IMG/VR virus record: IMGVR_UViG_3300028666_000023
Location: 89,104 to 153,103 of that record
DNA from: a virus
Strand: one strand, 5' to 3'
Length of the DNA: 64,000 nucleotides
In this document: positions 1-8,703 of the stretch, one piece after another
How the letters are laid out: every line of letters begins with the position of its first letter
How positions within the stretch are numbered: position 1 is the first letter of the stretch
Program-made: the position numbers and the translations under genes
Notes under the pieces: generated by a model
Seen by the model: only the letters and a program-made list of their open reading frames with translations
Databases searched by the model: none
What the model was told of the DNA's origin: nothing

Positions 1-135
1 CTGCGGTGGCCTCGTTCGCGGTGTGGATGGCACCGACGACCTTGCCTTTCAGCGAGAGGTGCAGCTTCACACCGGGCATTCCCGTTTCTTCTTTGACCTG
101 GTTGAACTCGCGGGCTTCCCCGACCAGTTGGATCT

Positions 136-342
136 TCATACGCGTGTCACTTTCTGGAGCTTGTACTTCCTGATGGAGATGTCGGTGGAGCGGTAGGCCG
201 GGCGCTTGTCGTCCCGAAGCTCGATGGCGGTGGCGCGCGCTTGCGCAGCACTGTTGATGCCGACGCACGTGACCCATTTCTGTCGGCGCACGTCGAAGTA
301 GGAGACCTCGTAGAGGAACGGAGACGGACGTTTCTTCTTCAT
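136..342 (-). CDS. hypothetical protein
   Basis: ATG at 342 (MKKKRPSPF); stop/start overlaps with both neighbours. Confidence 0.6.
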   Translation of the reverse strand: MKKKRPSPFLYEVSYFDVRRQKWVTCVGINSAAQARATAIELRDDKRPAYRSTDISIRKYKLQKVTRV

Positions 343-614
343 GCAGCGATGACCTTTCGTTTGATGAGCGTGATGGTCGCGTACTTCTTCCCCACCATCC
401 GCTCCAACGCTTTGAGGCATTCGTCGCAGAGCGACATGCTCCCACGACGCCCGTCCTTGCCGGGCTTGTTCTCCTTGACGATGACCGTCGGGATGTTCTT
501 GCAACGCTCCGGCGCTAGGCGCGGACCGAGTGTCATGAAACTACCCGCGCGTTTCATCGCCTGGCACCGCTTCAGATCTGGCGGCGTCAGTGGCTTGAGT
601 TTCTTCTTTGCCAT
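339..614 (-). CDS. hypothetical Cys-rich protein
   Basis: Basic N-terminus MAKKKLK, LCDEC motif, coupled to next gene. Confidence 0.65.
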   Translation of the reverse strand: MAKKKLKPLTPPDLKRCQAMKRAGSFMTLGPRLAPERCKNIPTVIVKENKPGKDGRRGSMSLCDECLKALERMVGKKYATITLIKRKVIAA

Positions 615-1050
615 GTATCCACACTCCGTAGATGCATCGACCCACGCCGCCTGTGACTTTCACCTTGCCCATCTTCTCGAGGAAGAGGATCGCGTCCGCG
701 TGGGTGCTGAGGCCGTGACCGTTGACGTCTTGGCCTTCGCGCAAACCATCGGCGTGCTGTCGCACCATGTCCATCAAGCACTCGATGGCTTCGTCGCGCT
801 GCTTGCGCACGAGGCTGCGGCAGCGGCCTTTCCCGTGCGCAGCGGTAGTACTGCCACCCGCTTCCAGATACGCGTTCTTCTCCCAGAACACGAAGCGACT
901 CGGGTGCACTTTGTCACCGAGCTTGTCCGCGCGACGGTCGGTGATCTCCGTGTTGCAATGCGGGCAACGTGACAGCAGCGCGCCCTCAACTTCCTCGAGT
1001 GCGATGCGCTCTTCGATCTCCTCAGCCGACGGATTGATTTCCTTGGGCAT
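541..1050 (-). CDS. hypothetical protein with CxxC motif
   Basis: ATG 1050 (MPKEIN) lies 15 nt downstream of a GGAATAAG motif; CPHC. Confidence 0.65.
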   Translation of the reverse strand: MPKEINPSAEEIEERIALEEVEGALLSRCPHCNTEITDRRADKLGDKVHPSRFVFWEKNAYLEAGGSTTAAHGKGRCRSLVRKQRDEAIECLMDMVRQHADGLREGQDVNGHGLSTHADAILFLEKMGKVKVTGGVGRCIYGVWIHGKEETQATDAARSEAVPGDETRG

Positions 1051-1078
1051 GTGTTCCCTCGCTCCCTTATTCCTCGGG

Positions 1079-1282
1079 TCAGAGGCGATTGAAGAAACTG
1101 TCCCAGTCGTCGCGTTCGCGCTCGACATCGGCCTGCGTTCCTCCACCGCGACAGGCGTCGCACGCGTTGAAGGTGCCATCTGGGTCGTACCCAGATCCAT
1201 GGCAGTGCGTACAGTGCTCGAGGATTTCGTCCTCGGTGGCTAGAAGAGAGGCGCGCTCGTCTTCAGTAATCTCCGAAGCCAC
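1079..1282 (-). CDS. DnaJ-type Zn-finger mini-protein (paralog array)
   Basis: CTHCHGSG...CDACRGGG; GTG start inferred. Confidence 0.7.
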   Translation of the reverse strand: MASEITEDERASLLATEDEILEHCTHCHGSGYDPDGTFNACDACRGGGTQADVERERDDWDSFFNRL

Positions 1283-1496
1283 TGGTCTTGATGGTGAGGT
1301 CGATGCCATGAAGGTCTGGTTGCTCCACTCTGATGTAGCCCTCGCCTTTGCACTTGCGGCAGGGATCGGCGCTGCCGTCTCCGTACGAGAACCCAACGCC
1401 CTGCCCTTGGCACTGCGGACAGGTGACGAGGTCGTACTTCGGGCCCATGATCTTTTGCTCGGTCTCCCGCAGCGTGCACTTCTCGTCCTCTGTCAC
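1263..1496 (-). CDS. DnaJ-type Zn-finger mini-protein (paralog array)
   Basis: CPQCQGQG...CRKCKGEGY. Confidence 0.75.
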   Translation of the reverse strand: MTEDEKCTLRETEQKIMGPKYDLVTCPQCQGQGVGFSYGDGSADPCRKCKGEGYIRVEQPDLHGIDLTIKTSGFGDY

Positions 1497-1708
1497 TTGA
1501 AGTGCCTGTACCGCTGAATGTTTGGTCCACCGGCGCTGATGCGGCTAGTGACGGTGCCCTTCATATTGAAGCCGGCCTTCCACCACCACGTGTAGCCGCG
1601 ATGCTCGCAGACGGCGCAGCCAGCCTTGAGGCACCACTCGCAGTCGCGCTTCTCGTAGCCGAGGACGGTCATCTCGACGACCTCGAGCGCCTTCTGTTCT
1701 TCATCCAT
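1493..1708 (-). CDS. Zn-finger mini-protein (paralog array)
   Basis: LEVVEMTVLGY...CEWC...CAVCEHRGYTW. Confidence 0.7.
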   Translation of the reverse strand: MDEEQKALEVVEMTVLGYEKRDCEWCLKAGCAVCEHRGYTWWWKAGFNMKGTVTSRISAGGPNIQRYRHFK

Positions 1709-1955
1709 CGAGTTCCTCCCAATCTGGATCGACTCCGGTTCCGATGAAGTATTTGACACCGAGCTTGTCCCTCCAGAAGTAGCCGTGCCCATTACAACCG
1801 ATGCAGGCGACCCACGTCTTCACGGCGCGAGGGCTCTCGAAGAAGTAACGAGACGTTCCGTTGCAGTCGTAGCATTGGAAGCGGGTGTAGCCGAGAATTG
1901 TGAGTTCGGTCTCCTGCAGCTTCTGGCGATCGTTGCACGCTTCAATCTTCGTCAT
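1701..1955 (-). CDS. DnaJ-type Zn-finger mini-protein (paralog array)
   Basis: LQETELTILGY...CYDCNG...CIGCNGHGYFW. Confidence 0.75.
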   Translation of the reverse strand: MTKIEACNDRQKLQETELTILGYTRFQCYDCNGTSRYFFESPRAVKTWVACIGCNGHGYFWRDKLGVKYFIGTGVDPDWEELDG

Positions 1956-2262
1956 CGATGTACGCCTCGCTTTCCCATCCCTGCGGGTCGACCCAGATCT
2001 TGCCCGAGCCGTCGCAGAGAGCGCATGGCCGATCTTCCATCACGCTGTTGTAGGTCCCGCCGCTGCCCTCGCAATCACCGCACTTGCCGACGTACCAGCC
2101 CATGACAAGACGCTCGGTCTCGATGAGGCGGCGTTCTTCTGCGAGCAGCTGGAGGAGCACGGTGATCTTGTAGAGCGCACTGTCCGCACAACGAAGACGC
2201 TCCTTCGCCAGCAGCCGACGACTCTCGTGCAGTTCTCGTAGCCGCTGGGTATCAGTCACCAC
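1942..2262 (-). CDS. DnaJ-type Zn-finger mini-protein (paralog array)
   Basis: LIETERLVMGW...CGDCEGSG...CALCDGSGKIW. Confidence 0.75.
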   Translation of the reverse strand: MVTDTQRLRELHESRRLLAKERLRCADSALYKITVLLQLLAEERRLIETERLVMGWYVGKCGDCEGSGGTYNSVMEDRPCALCDGSGKIWVDPQGWESEAYIDDED

Positions 2263-2350
2263 GCCACCACCGCCAACGAAAGAGGTAGTAGTACTTCACG
2301 GTGGCCACCGTGACGATGGGAACGATCACCCATAGGTAGTTGTGATTCAT
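2252..2350 (-). CDS. small membrane peptide
   Basis: Read manually: MNHNYLWVIVPIVTVATVKYYYLFRWRWWRGD; GGGAGG SD upstream. Confidence 0.5.
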   Translation of the reverse strand: MNHNYLWVIVPIVTVATVKYYYLFRWRWWRGD

Positions 2351-2370
2351 CGGTCGAACCTCCCCTCGTG

Positions 2371-2604
2371 TCACCGCCGCCACCGCTGCCACCGCTGCTG
2401 GGCCGGCGTGAGCCAAGTCCACCCGCGCCCCTCACACCCCTTGCATTTGCGCGCAGGTGATTTGTGCTGCGGCTTCTTAGGTTGTGAGAGTCGACGCACA
2501 CCCTTGCCCTCGCAGTCGGCGCACGGGTTCTTCACCCAGCCCATCACGAGGAGCTCGACTTCCTTGAGCTCGTTGGTCTCCTTGATTCGTTGTTTGCGAC
2601 TCAT
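2371..2604 (-). CDS. DnaJ-type Zn-finger mini-protein (paralog array)
   Basis: LKEVELLVMGW...CADCEGKG...CKGCEGRGWTW. Confidence 0.75.
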   Translation of the reverse strand: MSRKQRIKETNELKEVELLVMGWVKNPCADCEGKGVRRLSQPKKPQHKSPARKCKGCEGRGWTWLTPAQQRWQRWRR

Positions 2605-2801
2605 TTGGTGAGCATCCTCCTCACGTGCCGCGTGACTGGTTTCATCATGATGTCGCCGTTCTGATTGAGCCACACGAGTCCACGTCCCTGACACTCGTCG
2701 CAACGGCGACGGCGGGTGAGCGGACACCGGCAAGGCACGACCCGCCAGCCCAGGGTCATCAACTCCACGGCCTCGAGGCAGCGCTGCTCGGCCTTGTTCA
2801 T
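2601..2801 (-). CDS. Zn-finger mini-protein (paralog array)
   Basis: LEAVELMTLGW...CRC...CDECQGRGLVW. Confidence 0.7.
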   Translation of the reverse strand: MNKAEQRCLEAVELMTLGWRVVPCRCPLTRRRRCDECQGRGLVWLNQNGDIMMKPVTRHVRRMLTK

Positions 2802-2986
2802 TGAGGCGTCTTGGAGAGATGGAAGCCGTGGCAGCTATCGCATGGGTAGTAGTACAACGTGACGCCGTCTCGCGCTTTGGCATTCCGAACGGCCACGAGC
2901 GCGTCACTACGCATGTCGAAGCGCTTCTTCTCTGGGAAGCGCTCGCACTCCTCGATCGGCTTCGGCCTATGCGCCTTGACGGTCAT
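2798..2986 (-). CDS. small Zn-binding phage protein
   Basis: C-terminal YPCDSCHGFHLSK (YxCxxCxxxHL) motif. Confidence 0.65.
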   Translation of the reverse strand: MTVKAHRPKPIEECERFPEKKRFDMRSDALVAVRNAKARDGVTLYYYPCDSCHGFHLSKTPQ

Positions 2987-3175
2987 GGCCGATTCACTCG
3001 ATAGCGAGCACCCGTCTCGTTCCACACGACGAAGACGGCTTCGTCGGTGCGCTTCGTATTGAAGATCTCCTGGATGGAAGTCCGCCTGGCGGGGCCGCAG
3101 TCGCGGGTTGAACCATTCGACGAAACGGCGATGAAGTTGTACATGTCTTTCTCCATTGTATTCCCTCCTGATTAC

Positions 3176-3367
3176 TTATGCCTCGTTCGGTTGGAAACCT
3201 GAGAGGTCCCTCAACGCTTCTTGCAGCTCTGTCACTGAGGCGCGCAGCTCAGAGATGTCGCCCTGCATCAGCTCCATGCACCCCGACTTCTTGTGCTTCA
3301 CGAAGTAGCCGTTCTCGTCCTCCTTGATCCAATGCCCGCAACGCTTACAGTTGTGCCCTCGCATCAC
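3176..3367 (-). CDS. hypothetical protein (CxxC plus coiled coil)
   Basis: ORF track; GGAGG SD. Confidence 0.6.
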   Translation of the reverse strand: MMRGHNCKRCGHWIKEDENGYFVKHKKSGCMELMQGDISELRASVTELQEALRDLSGFQPNEA

Positions 3368-3655
3368 GCCTCCGTTGGCTCAAGTACTTCTTCTCGGATC
3401 GCGTGAGGATCCGATGCTGTTCGAGATACGGCCTGTAGATCTCGCTCGAAGCAAGCGGCTCGTGGAGCTCGTAGTAGTTGCTGCCCTCGAGCAGCTGACG
3501 CACGCATTTGACGGCCTCGCGCGTCTCGGCGGTCTCCCTCAGCGCCCACTGCATCCACGCGCGCAGGCGTGCTCTGCGTGTGTAAGAGAACGGGCGTTCG
3601 CTGCCGCACCACGCACTCATCACGCGTGGCATGCGTCGGCGTCCTCGAAAGAAGC

Positions 3656-3925
3656 TCACGCGAACCTCGTCTTTCTCCCGTACGTCATCCCCCTCCTGAA
3701 GTCGTAGCTCCGTTTGCGCTCGCAGCTGTCGTGGTGCGCGAGCGCGCCTTGGTACATGTGCGGCATGAGGCGCGCCTTGTCCCGGATGTCCTCGGGGAAC
3801 CACCAGTCGGGACAAGTACATGTCGGGCCGTTGTTTCCCATCACCTCGTTCTCGATGAGCTTGAGGTCGTCTTCGTGCTGCTCCATGGCCGCACGAGTAG
3901 CGCCGTCATTTGGCAGTTTGATCAT
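3656..3925 (-). CDS. hypothetical protein, CxC...HxxxC motif
   Basis: CTCP...HHDSC. Confidence 0.6.
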   Translation of the reverse strand: MIKLPNDGATRAAMEQHEDDLKLIENEVMGNNGPTCTCPDWWFPEDIRDKARLMPHMYQGALAHHDSCERKRSYDFRRGMTYGRKTRFA

Positions 3926-4172
3926 GGGGAACCTTTCTGAGCCAGCTCACAGCCAGCTGCTCTTTGCGCGTTCCGATCTTGCGTTGGAAGCGCGGTGCGT
4001 TGGGGCCGAGGTCGGTGCAGATGAGTGCGCAGAGGCGCACCTCGCGATCGCACCAAGTCGACACCCAGAGCTTCTCGATCTTCCACCGCGTGCTCGTCTC
4101 GGTGTTGAAGATGACGATCTCGCCGACACGAAAGCCGTCGAGCTCTTCTCGGTACTCGCGCATCAGCCCCAC
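3906..4172 (-). CDS. hypothetical protein
   Basis: ORF in a coupled chain. Confidence 0.55.
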   Translation of the reverse strand: MGLMREYREELDGFRVGEIVIFNTETSTRWKIEKLWVSTWCDREVRLCALICTDLGPNAPRFQRKIGTRKEQLAVSWLRKVPHDQTAK

Positions 4173-4423
4173 CTGATGAGCGCGAGATCGTAGGCCGTCT
4201 TCCAGAGCGTCTTGTTGGAAGAGATCATCGTGCTGCCAATGAGGAAGGCCATCGTTGTATCAAGTGGCGTGGCGATGGTGCCGTCAGCGTTCTGTTTGGC
4301 CGCGCGCCGGCGCTTGAGATCTTCATCGGTGGTGAGGTGCCTAAACTCCTCGCAGAAGCGAGCGCGCCTCACCACACGTGCGAAGGCCGCAAGTGCGATG
4401 GAGCGCTTCTCGTCGTAGTCCAT
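4163..4423 (-). CDS. hypothetical protein
   Basis: ATG 4423 (MDYDEK) overlaps the upstream stop. Confidence 0.6.
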   Translation of the reverse strand: MDYDEKRSIALAAFARVVRRARFCEEFRHLTTDEDLKRRRAAKQNADGTIATPLDTTMAFLIGSTMISSNKTLWKTAYDLALIRWG

Positions 4424-4692
4424 CAGTTGTCCTCGGGGTCGAAGACGAAGACCGCGGTCTTGGGAATGCCCTCTCTGCATTGCGCCGAGCTCGGACCGCC
4501 GGCGTCGAACCAGCAGTCGAAGCAGAGCTTCACCGGCCAGTCCTCGGTGTCGGCGAGAATGACGGGGTCGCCACAGTGGCCGCACGACCCCGCCTGCCCC
4601 CAGTGCTTCGCTCGCCACTCGTCGATGTCGTAGCTGCCCGTATTGCCGCGGCAGTACACGCAGTCGGCCGCTTGGCAGTCGCAGTTGCTCAT
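4423..4692 (-). CDS. Cys-rich hypothetical protein
   Basis: MSNCDCQAADCVYC...CGHC...CFDC. Confidence 0.6.
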   Translation of the reverse strand: MSNCDCQAADCVYCRGNTGSYDIDEWRAKHWGQAGSCGHCGDPVILADTEDWPVKLCFDCWFDAGGPSSAQCREGIPKTAVFVFDPEDN

Positions 4693-4997
4693 CGCTTCTT
4701 TCGTAGCACCGCGCGCAGCTCCTTCGCACAATCGTGCGCGGCCTTGCGCGTGCTGAAGTAGGCGAGGTCAGCGATGTAGCCTGTTTGCTTGGCGTCGTGC
4801 TCGGCCACCACGGAGTACGGGAGCTCCTCGCCAGGGTCGTCGTGGTCGACGGTGATCTTGCCCACGACAATGCGCTTCACCGGTTTGGGCGCGGGCTTCT
4901 TGCGCGGTGGGCGCAGCGCGTAGCCCATGTGCGCCGTGCAGTACTTGCTGTGGCGACCAGAGTCCTTCTGTTTCGGTGTGCAGGTGCAAACGCTCAT
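4689..4997 (-). CDS. hypothetical protein, CxC...HxxxC motif
   Basis: MSVCTC...RHSKYC; AGGAG SD. Confidence 0.65.
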   Translation of the reverse strand: MSVCTCTPKQKDSGRHSKYCTAHMGYALRPPRKKPAPKPVKRIVVGKITVDHDDPGEELPYSVVAEHDAKQTGYIADLAYFSTRKAAHDCAKELRAVLRKKR

Positions 4998-5006
4998 GTT
5001 GTTCTC

Positions 5007-5459
5007 CTAGGTCCGCATGACGATGACGCGATCGCGGATGAGCGCGCGGTACTCCTCGAGTTCCTTCCACGCGCAGTCGTTACAGATGGCGTCGCTCTTC
5101 TTCTCCGGTGGGTCGCCCTCCCACGACAAGAGTGTATGACAGCGCTGGCAGCACGGCGATTCTTCCCACTCCTCCATGTCGAGCGCGTCATCGACGTACT
5201 GCGGATGGCCGTAGGCCCAATCGAGCCCGAGGTTGAGGCCCTCCATGCCCGATGCTTCGGCGGCCTTGAGAGCCTTGTCGATGGCGCGATCGACGCTGAC
5301 GGAGTCGTACTCCACGACGCCGCTCGCCATGGTCTTTGCGCTCTTACCGACGAGCGTGCAGCACCACCAGACGACTCCCCTGCCCATGTCGTGCTTGCGA
5401 ATGAGCACGCGAATCTTCTTGGGATCGACGCGCAGTCGAACGTGCTTGGGAGCGAGCAT
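5007..5459 (-). CDS. hypothetical protein with Zn ribbon
   Basis: CQRC...CNDC. Confidence 0.6.
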   Translation of the reverse strand: MLAPKHVRLRVDPKKIRVLIRKHDMGRGVVWWCCTLVGKSAKTMASGVVEYDSVSVDRAIDKALKAAEASGMEGLNLGLDWAYGHPQYVDDALDMEEWEESPCCQRCHTLLSWEGDPPEKKSDAICNDCAWKELEEYRALIRDRVIVMRT

Positions 5460-5687
5460 CTACTTCGCGTCTTCGGCGACGAGCTTCAACTCGATGATGT
5501 CCAAGATCTTGACCGGAGCGCCGTTGCACGTCGCCTCTTTCTTGATGAGCGCGGGCACGCGCTTCATCGCCTGGAACGCCGTGAAGGCGATGACGTTGTA
5601 CGAGGTCTCGAAAGTCGAGAGCTTCGACGCCCGCATCCAATGCTGGGTGTAGCGGCACTTCACGGTGATGCGGTAGACGTTCTTCAT
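5460..5687 (-). CDS. hypothetical protein
   Basis: First gene after terminator, GGAATAAG and GGAGG. Confidence 0.7.
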   Translation of the reverse strand: MKNVYRITVKCRYTQHWMRASKLSTFETSYNVIAFTAFQAMKRVPALIKKEATCNGAPVKILDIIELKLVAEDAK

Positions 5688-5707
5688 GTAGTACTTCCTC
5701 CGAATTC

Positions 5708-5715
5708 CTTATTCC
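5708..5715 (-). promoter_or_regulatory. GGAATAAG phage promoter-like motif (representative copy)
   Basis: 20 nt upstream of ATG 5687, directly after a terminator; the motif recurs about 20 times in the window. Confidence 0.7.
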
Positions 5716-5725
5716 CTGAACAGCT

Positions 5726-5749
5726 AAAAAGAGAGGAACCCCTCTCTTT
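5726..5749 (-). terminator. intrinsic terminator
   Basis: AAAGAGAGG-GGTT-CCTCTC-TTTTT on the minus strand. Confidence 0.75.
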
Positions 5750-6384
5750 CAGCGTCGCCACTTCTTGTACGAGGTGCCGCCTTTGGGCTGGCGCTTACAG
5801 CGCTCCCAGATAGTGGCGCGCTTTCCCATGAACTCCCGCAGCTTCCTCGCGATGCTGAGCGTGCGCGCGGAGGCGTGCTGTGCCCAACGGCCACGTGGAA
5901 GTGGCTTGTAACTCTTGGGTTCAGACGTACCAGAAGGCAGCCACGACTCGGTCTCCGTCACGTAGTACCGCATGCCCGACGTGGAGATTTCCTGTTTGCA
6001 CTTCGAGCATGACTTCTGGCCGTTCAGCTTCTCGGCGCGGCGGATGACCGCCTCACGCCACTCGGCCTCGGTTCGGTTGCCCGGGCAATCGCGAACCGTT
6101 CGTTCGTCGATCTGCCACTGCATCTCCTTGGTTGCCCTCCGCTCCCGCAGCTCACGCATGATGAAGAGCTTCTGGGTGAGGAGGTCGTGGTAGATGTCCA
6201 CGGCGCTCGATACCTGAAGCTCGGTGAGGTCGCCGCGCTTGTGCATCTCTTCGAGGCGGGCGCGCAACGTCGGCTTGTCCCCGCGCAGCCTCTCGAGCAT
6301 CGCTTCCTCCTTGGCGATGAGCTCGTCGAGCTTCTCGTCGGGGATGGCGGGGACAATGCCGCTCGGTTCCTTAGTAGTGCCCAT
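5749..6384 (-). CDS. hypothetical protein
   Basis: 211 aa; GGAATAAG (6405-6412) and GGAGG upstream. Confidence 0.7.
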   Translation of the reverse strand: MGTTKEPSGIVPAIPDEKLDELIAKEEAMLERLRGDKPTLRARLEEMHKRGDLTELQVSSAVDIYHDLLTQKLFIMRELRERRATKEMQWQIDERTVRDCPGNRTEAEWREAVIRRAEKLNGQKSCSKCKQEISTSGMRYYVTETESWLPSGTSEPKSYKPLPRGRWAQHASARTLSIARKLREFMGKRATIWERCKRQPKGGTSYKKWRR

Positions 6385-6420
6385 GTTGTAGTGCCTCCAT
6401 TGTTCTTATTCCGCGGGAGG

Positions 6421-6753
6421 CTACTTGCATCGGCAGACGATGTACGGCGCCATCGCGATGTTCTTGGCGTCCCCCACCGCATCCATCTTCTGCCCAGGCT
6501 CGCATCTGTGGACCGTCGGCGCGTTGTCGCCACCGTACACCCACTCGAACTTGTCTTGGCACGTCGATGCCGGCGCAGGGGGCGGATGCTGTTGTCGTTG
6601 CGTGCGCTGCTCGCTCAGGTGCTCGAGGAAGGCGACAAGTAGTCCAAGCGTCAGTCCCATGACAGCGCCTACCGCCCACATGATTCGACCGTGCCGGAGG
6701 TCTCGCGCGGTTGTGTCGATGATGGGCTTCTCGTTCTCACGATATGGTTTCAT
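6421..6753 (-). CDS. single-pass membrane protein with N-terminal PYR motif
   Basis: MKPYREN; TM segment IMWAVGAVMGLTLGLLVAFL; Cys-rich C-terminus. Confidence 0.7.
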   Translation of the reverse strand: MKPYRENEKPIIDTTARDLRHGRIMWAVGAVMGLTLGLLVAFLEHLSEQRTQRQQHPPPAPASTCQDKFEWVYGGDNAPTVHRCEPGQKMDAVGDAKNIAMAPYIVCRCK

Positions 6754-6762
6754 GTTGTTCTC

Positions 6763-6948
6763 CTAGTTGAGTGATGCTGTGAGGGCCGCGCGTGCTTCAC
6801 GCAGTGCCTTCTGCCAGCGGCGGTCGTGCTTCTTACACTCGCCCGTGAGCTCCGCCGGTGGCACACAGACTGCGCAGTGCGCGGCGGTGATGCCGTCGAG
6901 AGTATCGAGGACCTGCTTCAAGGCCTCACGTGTGCTGAGGGTCTTCAC
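6763..6948 (-). CDS. hypothetical protein
   Basis: GTG start with GAGGAG SD; CAVC. Confidence 0.55.
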   Translation of the reverse strand: MKTLSTREALKQVLDTLDGITAAHCAVCVPPAELTGECKKHDRRWQKALREARAALTASLN

Positions 6949-7115
6949 GTCGATTGCTCCTCGGGTTCGTTGAGTCGGCGCCACTCGCGACCGGCTTCCT
7001 GCAAGAGGGCAGCGAGGTTGGCGCGGAGCTCAGGGAGATCGCGCTCGCAGCCCTTCACGAGCGTGTCGAGCTGGCGGTGCGAGATGCGGATGTCGGTGGC
7101 ATCACCTACGAACAT
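6945..7115 (-). CDS. hypothetical protein
   Basis: Read manually, MFVGDATDIRISHRQLD... (56 aa); downstream of GGAATAAG 7140-7147. Confidence 0.5.
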   Translation of the reverse strand: MFVGDATDIRISHRQLDTLVKGCERDLPELRANLAALLQEAGREWRRLNEPEEQST

Positions 7116-7140
7116 GTTCCATGGATGCCTCCTACTGTTC

Positions 7141-7560
7141 TTATTCCTTGGTGTTGCGCTCCGTCTTTCCTACGCCGCCAGGCTCCTTCCCGGACGCGTC
7201 GGAGGGGCGGGCGGCCGCGAAGTATTGCGTGGTGAGCGCCACGATTTGACGTCCCGTTTCGACGCACGCGGGGCAAGCCGGGTGATTCGATATTAGCTCG
7301 GCATTGCAGTGCTCCACTTGAGCGCCCATGCGATGCACCTCATCGATGATGGCCTCCGCCCGCTCCGCTCTTGCCCGCCACGCCTCGGCGGATGCGAGGG
7401 CTTTCAGATCGGCGAGGAACGGGTCAGCCTCGAAGTCCGCGACGCCTTTGCCGCCAGTTTCGTGACGGCCCACGATGTAGATCATCGGCTTGCCGTGGAC
7501 TCGCGCCATCTCGATCGCTAGTTCCAAGTTTGGAATCAACTCGTCAATACCGGGCTTCAT
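7141..7560 (-). CDS. hypothetical protein
   Basis: ATG 7560 (MKPGIDEL) with AAGGAG SD. Confidence 0.6.
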   Translation of the reverse strand: MKPGIDELIPNLELAIEMARVHGKPMIYIVGRHETGGKGVADFEADPFLADLKALASAEAWRARAERAEAIIDEVHRMGAQVEHCNAELISNHPACPACVETGRQIVALTTQYFAAARPSDASGKEPGGVGKTERNTKE

Positions 7561-7565
7561 CTCCT

Positions 7566-7889
7566 TCACTTGCCTTGCTCCTTCCCCGCGTCGGGCGCGT
7601 CCCGATCGCACGACCCGAGATCGTTCAGTGCGCACTCTGGGCATCGCGGCTCCGCCCCGGGCGCGTCTTGCGCGAGGGCGGTGCGAGCAATCTTGTGCGC
7701 GCCGGGTCCGGTGTCACCGTTCGCTATGCGCTCCAGCGCCGCCCGGAATCGCTCCGCGCGTGCCAGCTGCGCCCGCAGCGCGTCCCGGCATCGCGCGTCC
7801 GTGTGCGTGCACCCTGACGCGAACTTTTCCCAAAGTCGGCCATCGTCGTTCTCCAGCTCCGTCCCGCACCCGTGCTCGCAGAGTGTCAT
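7566..7889 (-). CDS. hypothetical Cys-rich protein
   Basis: MTLCEHGCG; GAAGGAG SD. Confidence 0.6.
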   Translation of the reverse strand: MTLCEHGCGTELENDDGRLWEKFASGCTHTDARCRDALRAQLARAERFRAALERIANGDTGPGAHKIARTALAQDAPGAEPRCPECALNDLGSCDRDAPDAGKEQGK

Positions 7890-7891
7890 GG

Positions 7892-8038
7892 TCACTCCTT
7901 CGGTTTGGTTGTCTTCGCGGGCCAGCTCGCTGCTCGCTTGCACACCGGGCAGTACTTCGGCGGAGTCGAGCCCATCAGCGGTCGGCCGCATTCTGGGCAG
8001 TGTGTGTATCCCATCTGCGTGTACTCGGTGCTCGTCAT
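7892..8038 (-). CDS. Zn-ribbon mini-protein
   Basis: CPECG...YCPVC. Confidence 0.6.
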   Translation of the reverse strand: MTSTEYTQMGYTHCPECGRPLMGSTPPKYCPVCKRAASWPAKTTKPKE

Positions 8039-8703
8039 AGTATTTCCTCGACGGGATACGCGCCTCGACCCACCCGCTTCAACTGCTCGCGGATACTCTT
8101 CAGCGCGATGGCCTTGTTCTTCAAGAGGGATTCTTCCACATCCGAAAATGCTCGAACGTCCGCATGTCCGAGGTGCGTGATTCGGACCCAGCAATAGTTG
8201 CCCAAGCCGCTGGTGCCCGCGAAGACGCCCGTCCCTCCCCCGATGCCGGTCTCCACCCGGATGTCCTCCTCCTCGATCTCCGGCCACTCCGGAAGCGGCT
8301 CGTCCCACTTCCGGCCGCAGTACAGACACACCTCCCAGCGAGGACCCTCTGGAGGTCCCTGCCCTAAGCGGATGTAGCTCATGTGCCCGTCGGTACGGCC
8401 GTTGGGGGTCACGCAGGGGGCGTCGTAGAACTTGCCCATGTAGAGCTGGGTGGCCCCGCAGCTGTAGCAGCGCGGGAACTTCCCGGGCTCGCGATCGATG
8501 CGGTCTTCGCACTTGCAGTGCACGCACTTCCCCGAGTGGTCCAGCGCAGCGACGTAGTGCTGAGGGGAGGGCCCGCTGTCTACGTGGGTGGGGTACCCGT
8601 GGGGCAGATGGAGCTCGTGGCCCGCGCTGGGCACGGGGAACTGCGAGGGCAGCGGGAGCTTGAGGGGACTAACGGGTCTTCGGCGCGGCTTTTTGGAGGG
8701 CAT
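8035..8703 (-). CDS. Zn-ribbon protein fused to a peptide-chain-release-factor (RF-1)-like domain lacking GGQ
   Basis: IEEEDIRVET...VRITHL...SLLKNKAIALKSIREQL follows the RF domain-3 pattern; three CxxC pairs upstream. Confidence 0.65.
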   Translation of the reverse strand: MPSKKPRRRPVSPLKLPLPSQFPVPSAGHELHLPHGYPTHVDSGPSPQHYVAALDHSGKCVHCKCEDRIDREPGKFPRCYSCGATQLYMGKFYDAPCVTPNGRTDGHMSYIRLGQGPPEGPRWEVCLYCGRKWDEPLPEWPEIEEEDIRVETGIGGGTGVFAGTSGLGNYCWVRITHLGHADVRAFSDVEESLLKNKAIALKSIREQLKRVGRGAYPVEEIL

